NCBI GenBank assembly: GCA_947479755.1
Contig: CANKAM010000011.1
Coordinates: 20,488 to 84,487 of the forward strand
Length of the DNA stretch: 64,000 bases
DNA from: Bacteroidota bacterium
GTDB lineage: Bacteria > Bacteroidota > Bacteroidia > SXHM01
Direction of reading: 5' to 3'
This document shows positions 27,387 to 36,691 of this stretch, in pieces (position 1 is the first letter of the stretch; every line of letters starts with the position of its first letter). Below the pieces are notes generated by a model. That model was given only the letters and a program-made list of their open reading frames with translations. It searched no databases and was not told the DNA's origin. The translations under genes and the position numbers were made by a program.

Positions 27387-28985
27387 CTATCTCTTTGTTC
27401 CGAAGTTCCCTTCGCTCGTAAAATTAAATTCAATCTTAGGATATTGTTCTTTCGCCATTTGCAAACCCCATGCTGAGTCGGCAAGGAAGACAGGATTGCC
27501 GTCTTTGTCTTCGCTTATATGATCGCCCTTGCGCTCCATAAAAGTTGCAAGCGCAACTTTGTCTTCACTGCTTATCCAGCAAGCTTTATGCAGGTTAATG
27601 GGTTGATAGCGACATGAAGCTGCATACTCATGCAACAAACGGAATTGAATTACTTCAAACTGAAGCGCACCAACTGTTCCGATAATTTTTCTGCCGTTCC
27701 ATTTGCTGGTGAATAGTTGCGCCACACCTTCGTCCATTAGTTGTTCCAGGCCTTTTGCAAGCTGTTTGCTTTTCATCGGGTCGGCATTTTCAACGTAACG
27801 GAAAAGCTCGGGTGAGAAACTGGGGATGCCTTTGAAATGCAATTGTTCTCCTTCAGTCAATGTGTCACCGATCTTGAAGTTGCCGCTATCGGGCAGACCA
27901 ACAATATCACCGGGAAATGCTTCGTCAATGATTTCTTTTTTATCAGCCATGAAAGAAGTGGGCGATGAAAAACGAAGTTGTTTAGCCAGCCTTACATGCA
28001 AATAGTTTTTGCTGCGCACAAACTTACCTGAACACACACGCACAAAGGCAATGCGGTTGCGGTGGTTCGGATCCATGTTGGCATGTATCTTAAAAATAAA
28101 GCCGCTGAATTTTTCTTCATCGGGGGCAACGGCACGCTCTTCGGTTGTGCGGCCAACGGGTGATGGTGCAATTTCAATAAAGCAATCCAACAACTCACGC
28201 ACACCGAAATTATTGATGGCGCTACCAAAGAAGACAGGTGAAATATCTCCTGCTAAATAATCGCTGACCTTAAACTCAGGATAAACACCTTCTACCAATT
28301 CCGAATCTTCGCGCAGCTTCGCAGCTGCTCTTTCGCCTATTTGATTTTCTAATTCAGGACTATTGATATCGGTTATGCGGATGGTTTCCTCATCTTTCTG
28401 TTTCCCGTGAGGATTAAAAAGGTTTAGCGTTTTTTCCCAGATGGTATATACGCCTTTAAAATCCTGTCCCATGCCGATGGGCAAACTGAGCGGACGAACT
28501 TTGATGAAGAGTTTCTTTTCGATATCGTCCATCAGGTCGAAAGGGTCAATTCCCTCGCGGTCAAGTTTGTTGATGAAAACAATGATGGGGGTTTTGCGCA
28601 TACGGCAAACCTCAACAAGCTTTATCGTTTGCGGCTCTACACCTTTCGCTGCATCAATAACAACGATAACGCTGTCAACAGCAGTGAGTGTGCGGAACGT
28701 GTCTTCTGCAAAATCCTGGTGGCCGGGTGTATCAAGGATGTTTATCTTTTTGCCTTTGTAATCAAACGCCATTACCGAAGTGGCAACGGAAATTCCGCGC
28801 TGCTTCTCAATCTCCATCCAGTCGCTGGTGGCGGTTTTCTTAATCTTGTTTGATTTTACGGCACCGGCAATCTGTATCGCGCCACCAAATAAAAGCAGCT
28901 TCTCAGTAAGCGTGGTCTTCCCCGCATCAGGGTGACTGACGATGGCAAAGGTTCTTCTACGTAAAATTTCTTCTTTAAATGTCAT
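27387..28985 (-). CDS. prfC: Peptide chain release factor 3
   Basis: [23 protein letters not shown] (G1), DTPGHQDF (G3), NKLDR (G4). The ATG at 28985 gives [11 protein letters not shown]; the ORF-track start at 29009 is GTG. Confidence 0.9.
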   Translation of the reverse strand: MTFKEEILRRRTFAIVSHPDAGKTTLTEKLLLFGGAIQIAGAVKSNKIKKTATSDWMEIEKQRGISVATSVMAFDYKGKKINILDTPGHQDFAEDTFRTLTAVDSVIVVIDAAKGVEPQTIKLVEVCRMRKTPIIVFINKLDREGIDPFDLMDDIEKKLFIKVRPLSLPIGMGQDFKGVYTIWEKTLNLFNPHGKQKDEETIRITDINSPELENQIGERAAAKLREDSELVEGVYPEFKVSDYLAGDISPVFFGSAINNFGVRELLDCFIEIAPSPVGRTTEERAVAPDEEKFSGFIFKIHANMDPNHRNRIAFVRVCSGKFVRSKNYLHVRLAKQLRFSSPTSFMADKKEIIDEAFPGDIVGLPDSGNFKIGDTLTEGEQLHFKGIPSFSPELFRYVENADPMKSKQLAKGLEQLMDEGVAQLFTSKWNGRKIIGTVGALQFEVIQFRLLHEYAASCRYQPINLHKACWISSEDKVALATFMERKGDHISEDKDGNPVFLADSAWGLQMAKEQYPKIEFNFTSEGNFGTKR

Positions 28986-29059
28986 GTTGTTTTTTACCAC
29001 TAAGGTCACAAGAGCACTTAGAATAAACTTAGTGAACTTGTGTTCTTAGTGGTGAATAT

Positions 29060-30004
29060 TTATTCCATTAGTCCTCTTCCTGATTTCTGAATTTTATCTT
29101 CACGTTTGAAATCCGTGAGCAGTTTATCCAAGATACCATTGATGAAGAGTTTACTTTGCGGTGTGCTGTAATCTTTTGAGATTTCAATGTACTCGTTCAT
29201 GCTTACTTTGGTGGGCACCGAAGGGAAATTCAGAAATTCAGAGATGGCCATTTTCATCAGGAGCACATCCATCATAGCTACCCGTTCCATTTCCCAGTTC
29301 TGCAATTTTGGTTTAATCAGTTCATCGTATTCCTTTTCGTGAATAATGGTTTTGTGAAAAAGGTCGAGCATAAATCTACGGTCGTCATCATCTTTTAATA
29401 AAGGAAGCAGCGGTGTATTTTCATTTGCCTGCTCGTTGAGCAAACCAAGTGTTTTCACCACCATGCTATTGATGAATTCCAAATCATCCACCCAATAAAT
29501 GCTTTTGTCTTCAAAGAGTGAATGCAGACGTTCTTCGGTAGCAACGTATTTTTTGAAAACACTTTGAACAAACTTTTGCTCCACAAGATAACTCTTGTCT
29601 TCATTGTTCATATAGGCGGCAAACTCTTCGCTGTCCACAATGCTGTTGTAAATCTTTTTAATCAGTTCGGGTTCGTCTGCCCACGAAAGTTTACGCACTT
29701 CAGCTTCTCTGCGCAAGGCATTGTTGTTAGAGAGTTTCGCAAGTAAAGGGTTCTCTACAAATCGGGTATTAGGATTTAAATCCTCAGGATTAGGAATGCG
29801 CTTTTGCTTGCGCTCGTCAATGCGGGCTTTGCCGAATTCAATGAGCTCGGGCAGGAGCAGCAGTATAAAAATGTAGAGGTCATAAATCTTGTTGACGCCT
29901 TTCATCAATTCTTTTTCGCCTTTGGCGAGGTCGGTGTTATCGCCTTGAAGGAATGCATAAATGGCTTGCATTACCTTAATTCTCAGGTGTCGTCTGCTCA
30001 ACAT
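29060..30004 (-). CDS. nusB: Transcription antitermination factor NusB (long Bacteroidota form)
   Basis: N-terminus MLSRRHLRIKVMQAIYAF is the NusB signature. The 314-aa length matches the extended Bacteroidota NusB. Confidence 0.8.
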   Translation of the reverse strand: MLSRRHLRIKVMQAIYAFLQGDNTDLAKGEKELMKGVNKIYDLYIFILLLLPELIEFGKARIDERKQKRIPNPEDLNPNTRFVENPLLAKLSNNNALRREAEVRKLSWADEPELIKKIYNSIVDSEEFAAYMNNEDKSYLVEQKFVQSVFKKYVATEERLHSLFEDKSIYWVDDLEFINSMVVKTLGLLNEQANENTPLLPLLKDDDDRRFMLDLFHKTIIHEKEYDELIKPKLQNWEMERVAMMDVLLMKMAISEFLNFPSVPTKVSMNEYIEISKDYSTPQSKLFINGILDKLLTDFKREDKIQKSGRGLME

Positions 30005-30040
30005 GATTTAAAGAACGGGGTTTATTTTAGTTTCTATTTA

Positions 30041-30092
30041 TTAGCTGATGGTATGATTAGCTGATTAGCTGATGATATGATTAGCTAATGGT
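30041..30092. repeat. Left inverted-repeat flank (TTAGCTGAT iterations) of the four-helix-bundle gene cassette
   Basis: ttagctgatggtatgattagctgattagctgatgatatgattagctaatgg is the reverse-complement partner of 30481-30517. Confidence 0.6.
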
Positions 30093-30457
30093 TGTTTGAC
30101 ATTATTTTTTGATGTTCCAATTATTTTATTCAGGACTTTAGAAATTGATGTTAGCTTCACTATAAGTTCTGTAGGAGTAGGGTAATTTTCAGAATGTTTG
30201 CACAGTAATAACCAATACTCCGTTTCATCCGATTCTTTCAATGCAATTTTTATTTTATGAATAAAATCAGCTTTGCTTTCTGCATTCTGAGCTTCTTTCA
30301 CATTTGCTCCAATACTGGTTCCGCTTCTGAATAATTGCCTTGCAAGATTATATCTTTTTCTATTTTCCAATTCTTCAGTAAATGAAATAACAGAAAGCGA
30401 AAACTCAAATGTAAGTTTAACAATCAGGTTGTCCTTGTATTTAGGATTTTCAGACAT
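30065..30457 (-). CDS. Four-helix-bundle protein (23S rRNA intervening-sequence protein family)
   Basis: 130 aa, helical. Pattern ...ARQLFRSGTSIGANVKEAQNAESKADFIHKIKIALKESDETEYWLLLC is the family signature (GANIAEG...E...W-like). Confidence 0.7.
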   Translation of the reverse strand: MSENPKYKDNLIVKLTFEFSLSVISFTEELENRKRYNLARQLFRSGTSIGANVKEAQNAESKADFIHKIKIALKESDETEYWLLLCKHSENYPTPTELIVKLTSISKVLNKIIGTSKNNVKQPLANHIIS

Positions 30458-30480
30458 TTATTTTCAATAGTTCATCTTCC

Positions 30481-30517
30481 TCATCAGCTAATTAGCTAAT
30501 CCGCTAATTGACTAATT
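30481..30517. repeat. Right inverted-repeat flank (ATCAGCTAA iterations) of the four-helix-bundle cassette
   Basis: tcatcagctaattagctaatccgctaattgactaatt. The reverse complement matches the left flank (ATTAGCTAATTAGCTGATGA). Also supplies the stop codon of the adjacent dehydrogenase gene. Confidence 0.6.
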
Positions 30518-31581
30518 CTCTCCATTGCTACATTCAATGCTGCCCGGGCAGTGGTGATGTTTTGTTCTTTTGCTGTGTTTAATATGTTTAAGGTAGTATC
30601 GTAAATCCTGGCGGTTTCTTCCATTGTCTTTTGCATGTTGTAGCCTTCTACTTCGGAATAAACGGAAATTATTCCTCCGGCATTGATTAAAAAATCGGGG
30701 GCATAAACAATTCCTCGGTCTTTGAGCATTTGTCCGTGCAGCTTCTCATCCAGCAACTGGTTATTGGCTGCGCCCGAAACAATGGCGCAACGCAATTGCG
30801 GAATTGTTTCGCTGTTCAGGGTAGCACCTAAGGCGCAGGGAGCGTAAATGTCTACTTCCTCGGCATAGATATTTCCGGTAACGGCTATGGCATTGTATTT
30901 TGCAACAATGGTTTTTACGCGTTCTTCGTTTATATCGTTTACAAAAACTATTGCTTTTTCTTTGGTCAGGTAATCAATAAGGGTTTCGCCAACGTGACCT
31001 GTTCCCTGCACCAATACTTTTTTTCCGGCAAGCGAATCAGTGCCCCACACAAATCTGGCGCTGGCTTTCATGCCCATATACACGCCATAAGCGGTAACAG
31101 GAGACGGATTTCCGTTACCACCCATTTCAACGGGTAAGCCGGTAACATAGTTGGTTTCTTTCTTGATGAAAACCATGTCCTGCGTTTCCATGCCCACATC
31201 TTCGGCAGTGATGTATTTGCCGCCCAGCGTTTGCACAAACTTTCCGAACCTGCGCATGAGAGCTTCGTTCTTCTGTGTTTTGGCATCGCCTATAATCACT
31301 GCTTTTCCGCCACCCAGTTTTAGTCCGGTTATGGCTGCTTTAAAGGTCATTCCGCGCGAAAGGCGCAACACATCATTGAGGGCTTCTTCTTCGGTAGCGT
31401 AGTTCCACATGCGGGTGCCGCCCAGGGCAGGGCCAAGCACGGTGTTGTGTATGGCTATAATGGCTTTCAATCCTGTTTCTTTGTCGTGACAAAAAAGTAC
31501 CTGCTCGTGTTCCATTTCGGCCATTTGCGCCAATACGCCTTTGGCAATGGAAGCGGAAACGGTTGTTGTTTTGAACGACAT
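30496..31581 (-). CDS. Glu/Leu/Phe/Val-family amino-acid dehydrogenase (leucine or phenylalanine dehydrogenase-like)
   Basis: GGGKAVIIGD catalytic-lysine motif and the Rossmann GxGxxG region VQGTGHVGETL. The ATG at 31581 gives MSFKTTTVSAS...; the ORF-track start is TTG. Confidence 0.85.
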   Translation of the reverse strand: MSFKTTTVSASIAKGVLAQMAEMEHEQVLFCHDKETGLKAIIAIHNTVLGPALGGTRMWNYATEEEALNDVLRLSRGMTFKAAITGLKLGGGKAVIIGDAKTQKNEALMRRFGKFVQTLGGKYITAEDVGMETQDMVFIKKETNYVTGLPVEMGGNGNPSPVTAYGVYMGMKASARFVWGTDSLAGKKVLVQGTGHVGETLIDYLTKEKAIVFVNDINEERVKTIVAKYNAIAVTGNIYAEEVDIYAPCALGATLNSETIPQLRCAIVSGAANNQLLDEKLHGQMLKDRGIVYAPDFLINAGGIISVYSEVEGYNMQKTMEETARIYDTTLNILNTAKEQNITTARAALNVAMERISQLAD

Positions 31582-31589
31582 GATTTTTT

Positions 31590-31722
31590 GATTTTTAAGC
31601 GGGGGCAAAAGTAGTAAATCGAATGATAGAAAATAGCGAATGATAGAAAATAGCAAATAGATGATATGAAATAGAAAATTGAAGGCAGTTTGTTCCTATT
31701 TTCTGTTTGCTATTTGCTATTT
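31590..31722. repeat. Low-complexity palindromic region (GATAGAAAATAGC direct repeats mirrored by GCTATTTTCTAT)
   Basis: aatgatagaaaatagcgaatgatagaaaatagcaaatag ... ctattttctgtttgctatttgctattttctat can form a long AT-rich hairpin between two minus-strand genes. Confidence 0.5.
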
Positions 31723-31723
31723 T

Positions 31724-33196
31724 CTATAATTTCTTTTTCAGCCAGATAATCAGTTCCTCAAGCCCCAACAGGTTTTTGTTTTCGGGACGACTAAAGAGTT
31801 CTTCCAGTTTTGAAAGAAAGACTGCTTTTTGATTTTTTGACTTAATAAGCAGTGGGATATTTTCAAGAACAATTTGTTCCAGCTCATAGAGCTTATTGCC
31901 ATACTTCAGGCGGTCGCGGGTGTTGCGCACTTCATATTCAACAAGGTCGTGCTTGCCGGTTTGGTAAAGCAGAATAATTTTAAAGATGCCGGACATATCC
32001 CGCAAATCGGTTCGCACCTCGTGTTTGCGGTTGGCAGTTATAATGCTGTTAAAGCTTTGCATGGCCTCTGCATATTTTTCATTCAGAAAATAGGTGATGG
32101 CTATGTTATACATAAAGCCGGATTTGCGCATCGGGTTTATTGAATTGTCATATTGCTTCAGACCTTTTTCAATTTTTGGGTTTAGCTCCAGCGCCTTTTC
32201 AAACTGCCCGTTGTTCAGCATATATAGCTGCTGCAAAAAATATACTTCCCTGAAAAGAACTGCATTATCTCCCTTGCTGCCTCCTGAAATGCTTTCTATG
32301 CGGCTTATGATGTCATCAAAATCCAGCGGTGTTTTTGCTGTAATACTTTTTGTCAGCAGGTTCGCTAAATCCGAACGGTAGCGGATAATGTATTCCGTTT
32401 TCATTTGAGGATACATATCCCATAATTCTATTATTCTTTTCCGGTATTGAAAAGCTTTTACATAATCACCACATAGGTCGTGGTATGTTGAATATAAATG
32501 ATTAAATATAAGTTTAGCGCTGAAGCTGAGCGCATTGTTTTCATCACTGAGCAAGGGTTCCTGCATCAGTTTTTCAAGCTCTTCTTTTTTTTCGGAGGTT
32601 TTAAGCGTATGCAATTCTATGTACATAACCTGCACCTTATCTTTTATATAAGTTAGGCTGTCTTTATTTTCTATTTTTTTCAGCAGATATCTTTTCTCTC
32701 GATAAATTTCCTCTATCAATTTCCCCAGATTTACATAGGTGGAATTATTCAGCAATATCCGGTGGATGTTATTAATCTCCAGTAGCAAAAAAAGCTTTTC
32801 GTAATGCAGGGCAAGCGCCCGCGCCTTAACCACTAATTTAAGTGCCTGCTGATAAAGTTGCTTTTCGCGTAAAGAATCAATGGCTTCAATCAGGCGGTGC
32901 AGGCGACTGTTTACCGTTGTGCTGCTTTTATAAGCCACAAGGCTGTCCACCACCAGAGTGGATAAATTTGTTTTATGATACGCAAAGCGTTTTAGAAAAG
33001 CGGGATTTTTAAAAGAGGATTTTACTTCACTCTCTTTATATTCTTCCAGTCCTCTGATGAGTTTAAAGAGTTGAATGTATTCATCCCCTTCCTTAATACG
33101 GCTGCGGTTTATGTATTGAATAAAATAACCGGCCTCTGCCTTATTAAAACTTTTAACAAGGTTGAAAATTTCATCCGATGGTTGTTTTGTTTTCAT
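31724..33196 (-). CDS. Large all-helical cytoplasmic protein of unknown function (TPR-like)
   Basis: About 490 aa with no signal peptide, TM helix, NTPase or HTH motif. The first ATG at 33196 gives MKTKQPSDEI; the ORF-track start is TTG. Confidence 0.4.
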   Translation of the reverse strand: MKTKQPSDEIFNLVKSFNKAEAGYFIQYINRSRIKEGDEYIQLFKLIRGLEEYKESEVKSSFKNPAFLKRFAYHKTNLSTLVVDSLVAYKSSTTVNSRLHRLIEAIDSLREKQLYQQALKLVVKARALALHYEKLFLLLEINNIHRILLNNSTYVNLGKLIEEIYREKRYLLKKIENKDSLTYIKDKVQVMYIELHTLKTSEKKEELEKLMQEPLLSDENNALSFSAKLIFNHLYSTYHDLCGDYVKAFQYRKRIIELWDMYPQMKTEYIIRYRSDLANLLTKSITAKTPLDFDDIISRIESISGGSKGDNAVLFREVYFLQQLYMLNNGQFEKALELNPKIEKGLKQYDNSINPMRKSGFMYNIAITYFLNEKYAEAMQSFNSIITANRKHEVRTDLRDMSGIFKIILLYQTGKHDLVEYEVRNTRDRLKYGNKLYELEQIVLENIPLLIKSKNQKAVFLSKLEELFSRPENKNLLGLEELIIWLKKKL

Positions 33197-33325
33197 AATG
33201 ACCAAAGTCAAATTATTGCCTGCAAATCCGTTTTTGCACAGGTAAATTTATTGAAATATTTGCCGGCACAACAACCTGAGCACTATGTCAAAATTACTTT
33301 TATCATTTATGCCTGCCGCCACCCA

Positions 33326-33535
33326 TAATTTGCCGGCAAAGCCTGAGCGTGGGATGGCAAAAAGTCAGCCCGTGACGGCAAATTCTGGTGCAGGGACGGC
33401 AAATTCCCGAACAGTGACGGCACGGACTGAGGCCGGGAGGGCAAACCGCCACACCGGGAGAGCAAAAACTCAGCCCGTGATGGCAAAACCTCAGGCGGGG
33501 ATGGCAAAACCTCAGGCTGTGAGGGCAATGGGGCA
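33326..33535. repeat. Ten 21-bp tandem units in exact register (consensus GGCAAAnnnyCAGnCnGkGAn), bracketed by TTGCCGGCAA-type palindromes
   Basis: Units start at 33326, 33347, ..., 33515. Perfect 10-bp palindrome TTGCCGGCAA at 33321-33330, a 9/10 copy at 33260-33269, and TTGCCGCTAA at 33531-33540. Sits in the divergent region between the 31724..33196 and 33626..34369 genes. Confidence 0.7.
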
Positions 33536-33625
33536 GCATTTGCCGCTAAAAAGCACTCTTTTACGTTCATTTTATATATAAACCAATCAAACAATCAATA
33601 ATTAACCTAAAAAAAAACAGAAACC

Positions 33626-34369
33626 ATGGCAAAAGATTTTGTAAAAAGTAACGATGTACAATTTGTAGCACAACTTAACACCTTTAAAGCTAACCTGCCC
33701 TCTCATGCAATGTTATTTGGCTTAACACCTGCACAAATTGCTTCTGTGCAAGCCGATGCCGATTGGATGGCTTTTATAGTGCTGCGCAACAACGCTGCAC
33801 CCGGCTTTGCACAGGACTGGACAAAGCTAAAAGATCAGGTTCGCCACGGGGGCGATGGAAGTATTATTCCACCCTTCCCAACTCCACCGGATGTTGTTAC
33901 CCCACCAATGGGTACTATACAGCCCGATGTGGAAGGGCGTTTTCGCCAATTGGCAGCTCAACTGAAAGCAAACAGCAACTACAGCAAAGCTATTGGCGAA
34001 AACTTAGGTATTGAAGCAGATGAAACCAGCTTTGATGCCGGAAATTATAAACCCGAAGGCAGCGCAAAAGCGGTATTGAATGTGGTAACTATCAAGTTCA
34101 CTAAAAAAGGAGTGGATGGTCAGGCTATCTACAGCAAGGTAACAACAGGGGTGAGCACACTGCCCTCTACACCGGGCTCTCCGGCACCGGCTACGCTTAG
34201 TCAGTACACCAAAATAGCCATAGACTTCCATAGTCCTTATGTTGATAACCGTGCACTTACCATTGCCGGGCAGCCCGAACTGCGGGAATATTACCTGCGT
34301 GGTGTACTCAGTGATGCCGAGATTGGTGTACCCTCTGATATAATCAGAGTAATAGTGGGAACTATCTAA
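33626..34369 (+). CDS. Hypothetical cytoplasmic protein with a Pro/Thr-rich central segment (PPFPTPPDVVTPPMGTIQP)
   Basis: 247 aa. Good start context (aaaccATGgc). No signal peptide. No recognised family. Confidence 0.5.
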   Translation: MAKDFVKSNDVQFVAQLNTFKANLPSHAMLFGLTPAQIASVQADADWMAFIVLRNNAAPGFAQDWTKLKDQVRHGGDGSIIPPFPTPPDVVTPPMGTIQPDVEGRFRQLAAQLKANSNYSKAIGENLGIEADETSFDAGNYKPEGSAKAVLNVVTIKFTKKGVDGQAIYSKVTTGVSTLPSTPGSPAPATLSQYTKIAIDFHSPYVDNRALTIAGQPELREYYLRGVLSDAEIGVPSDIIRVIVGTI

Positions 34370-34373
34370 AGTA

Positions 34374-34409
34374 AAAATCCCTCTCGCCTTTGGCGAGGGG
34401 GATTTTTGT
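34374..34409 (+). terminator. Rho-independent terminator hairpin AAAATCCCTCTCGCC-TTT-GGCGAGGGGGATTTTTG
   Basis: GC-rich stem plus T-tract, 5 nt after the stop at 34369. Confidence 0.7.
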
Positions 34410-34461
34410 TATGCCTTTATCAAAAAAATTACTATACTTTTGAACAACTAAAACTGAAACC

Positions 34462-36438
34462 ATGAAAAAAATATTTACACTCTTAAGCCTCGCAGTTTGT
34501 ATGAATGCAACTGCGCAAACATGCTTTACAACTGCAAGTTATCCGGTAGGTGGCGCAACCACAACAATTGCTGTTGCAGATTTTAACAATGACGGACATC
34601 TTGATATTGTTGCATCAAATGATGGAGGGCCTGGAGGTTCTGTTTACATGTTACCCGGTACAGGAACAGGAACTTTCGGAACTGTTATTCTTGCTGTTGA
34701 TGGTGGTGATAGTTTATTTTCAGTTTCATCACATTCTATAAGCGCTTCTGATTTTAATGCAGATAGTAATGCAGACCTGGCCATAGCTACAGGTACTGAT
34801 GTAAAAGTTCTACTTGGTGATGGTACAGGTCATTTTGCTCCCCCAACTGTTCATGTGGTTGGCAGTTATCCTTATGCTGCATGCATAGCAGATTTTAACG
34901 GAGATGGTGACATGGATATAGCATCTGCAAATGATGGTAATGTATCTGTTTTGTTAGGAAACGGAGCAGGCAATTTCAGTTCCCATGTTGATTTTTCTGC
35001 CGGTCCTGAAATGTATGCTATAACAATCGGTGATTTTAACGGAGACGGAGATGTGGATTTGGCTGCAACCAGCAATGCCAATGGTGGCGGGCTTGATAGT
35101 GTATGGGTATTGCTTGGCAATGGAACTGGTGGTTTCGGAACAGCCGCAAAATATTTAGCAGGGGAAGGGCCATATTCGGTTTGCAGTTCAGACTTTAATG
35201 ATGATGGATTTGATGATATAGCCGTTGCCAATACCAATTCCCAAAATGTTTCTGTATTATTAAGTCAGGGAGTTTCAGGCATATTTTCTCCTGCTGAAAA
35301 TTTCACAACACTTCATACTCCTTTTTCAGTTGTCAGTGCTGATTTTAACGTTGATGGAATTCCTGACTTGGCTACCGGAGCCCAGGGAAATGATGTATCA
35401 GTATTGTTGGGTACTGATTCGGCCTACTTTGGACCACCCGCTCTTTTTTCCTGCCCGGGTTTTCCATGGGAAATTGCCACCGGTGATTTCAATGAAGATG
35501 GCAGACCTGACCTTGCAGCAGCAAGTCATGATGCCTCTTCTGTTAAAGTATTACTAAACGTTGAAGTAGTGAACTGCACAGGCTGTGCATTAAATAACGG
35601 AGTTACAGTTCCTGATATTTGCATGGTATCAACCGATAGTGCATCATACTATCAATACAATGTTATTATTTGGGATAATTCGCTTTATACCAATGTTGAC
35701 AGTTTTATTGTGTATAGAAAAGATGCAATTACCTCAACCTATTTACGTATAGGAGCAACAAGCAAAGATTCGTTAAGCCTGTTTGTTGATACACAATTCA
35801 ATATTGGCGGTCCCAATGGAGGAAATCCAATGTACTCAAGTTGGTTTTACAAACTGGCAATACGTGATACCTGCGGCAACATCGGTGAAAAAAGTCCATA
35901 CCATCAAACAATGTTCTTTCAGCAGAATGGTGCCAATTTTTCGTGGAATGCTTATACCGTTGAAAGCGGACAAACCAACCCTGTAACAGGTTATTCATTT
36001 TTAAGAGACGATAATAATAACGGAAACTGGAATGTGTTGGTAAATACGGTAGGTCTTTCCACCACTGATCCTGACTACGCAAATTATCCAAACGGAAATT
36101 GGCGCATAGATGCATTAGGTTTTAGTTGCACACCAACCAATAAAACCTATATGGTGGCACAAAGCAATCCTATTAAACCAATAGTTGCAGGCATAGAGCA
36201 GTTATCATTAAATAAGGTAATAGTCTACCCTAACCCAGCCACCAACACACTAACCATTGAAACAGAAAGTGGCAATAGCATTTACCAATTGCAAGATTTA
36301 ACAGGCAAGGTATTGTTAAGCGGCAGTGTAACAGCAACTAAGTTTAGTTTAGATATTAGCGCACTAAGCAAAGGCATTTATTTACTAAGCCTTATTGATG
36401 GCGAGCAGCAGGTAAACAGGAAGGTTGTGAAAGATTAG
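34462..36438 (+). CDS. FG-GAP/VCBS-repeat protein with a T9SS C-terminal sorting domain
   Basis: Signal peptide. At least eight DFN(G/N/D)DG..D(I/L)A calcium-binding FG-GAP-like repeats. CTD VIVYPNPATNTLTIET...NRKVVKD. Confidence 0.75.
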   Translation: MKKIFTLLSLAVCMNATAQTCFTTASYPVGGATTTIAVADFNNDGHLDIVASNDGGPGGSVYMLPGTGTGTFGTVILAVDGGDSLFSVSSHSISASDFNADSNADLAIATGTDVKVLLGDGTGHFAPPTVHVVGSYPYAACIADFNGDGDMDIASANDGNVSVLLGNGAGNFSSHVDFSAGPEMYAITIGDFNGDGDVDLAATSNANGGGLDSVWVLLGNGTGGFGTAAKYLAGEGPYSVCSSDFNDDGFDDIAVANTNSQNVSVLLSQGVSGIFSPAENFTTLHTPFSVVSADFNVDGIPDLATGAQGNDVSVLLGTDSAYFGPPALFSCPGFPWEIATGDFNEDGRPDLAAASHDASSVKVLLNVEVVNCTGCALNNGVTVPDICMVSTDSASYYQYNVIIWDNSLYTNVDSFIVYRKDAITSTYLRIGATSKDSLSLFVDTQFNIGGPNGGNPMYSSWFYKLAIRDTCGNIGEKSPYHQTMFFQQNGANFSWNAYTVESGQTNPVTGYSFLRDDNNNGNWNVLVNTVGLSTTDPDYANYPNGNWRIDALGFSCTPTNKTYMVAQSNPIKPIVAGIEQLSLNKVIVYPNPATNTLTIETESGNSIYQLQDLTGKVLLSGSVTATKFSLDISALSKGIYLLSLIDGEQQVNRKVVKD

Positions 36439-36451
36439 GGGAGTAGTAGTT

Positions 36452-36494
36452 AAAACAAAAGTCCCTCGCCTAAGGCGAGGGACTTTTGTTTTTC
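36452..36494 (+). terminator. Bidirectional-capable terminator with a 19-bp perfect stem, AAAACAAAAGTCCCTCGCC-TAAG-GGCGAGGGACTTTTGTTTT
   Basis: Perfect inverted repeat with A- and T-tracts on both sides. Shares the CCCTCGCC...GGCGAGGG core with the 34374 terminator. Confidence 0.75.
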
Positions 36495-36691
36495 TGAATT
36501 TGAAACAATTAAACATTCAAGCGGTTGCCACATAGCTACGCCTGAGATGAACTGTGGTAATACCCCTGCAAAAAACTGACCACAAGACCATAACATAATT
36601 AACTTTACCAACCGTAAAACTTAAAAGTGCGGGCGGACTCTTTGGCGACACTGACTCGACCTTTCATTTGGAATAATAAGAAATAAATACC

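Noticed and set aside
33326-33535. CRISPR array
   Set aside because: The units are directly abutting 21-bp degenerate repeats with no unique spacers and no cas genes nearby. The same applies to 62983..63213.
33285-33594. Three ORF-track ORFs (33285..33581 +, 33303..33539 -, 33307..33594 -) with heptad-like peptides (xAxxxxG, xLxFCxP, xLPSxxx)
   Set aside because: These are artefacts of the stop-free 21-bp tandem array being open in three frames. No frame has a credible start. Retained as a DNA repeat instead.
36495-36691. Possible riboswitch or sRNA in the 200-bp leader of the 36692 gene
   Set aside because: No recognisable riboswitch consensus (TPP, SAM, FMN, cobalamin, glycine) and no convincing conserved hairpins. 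Probably just a 5' UTR/promoter region.
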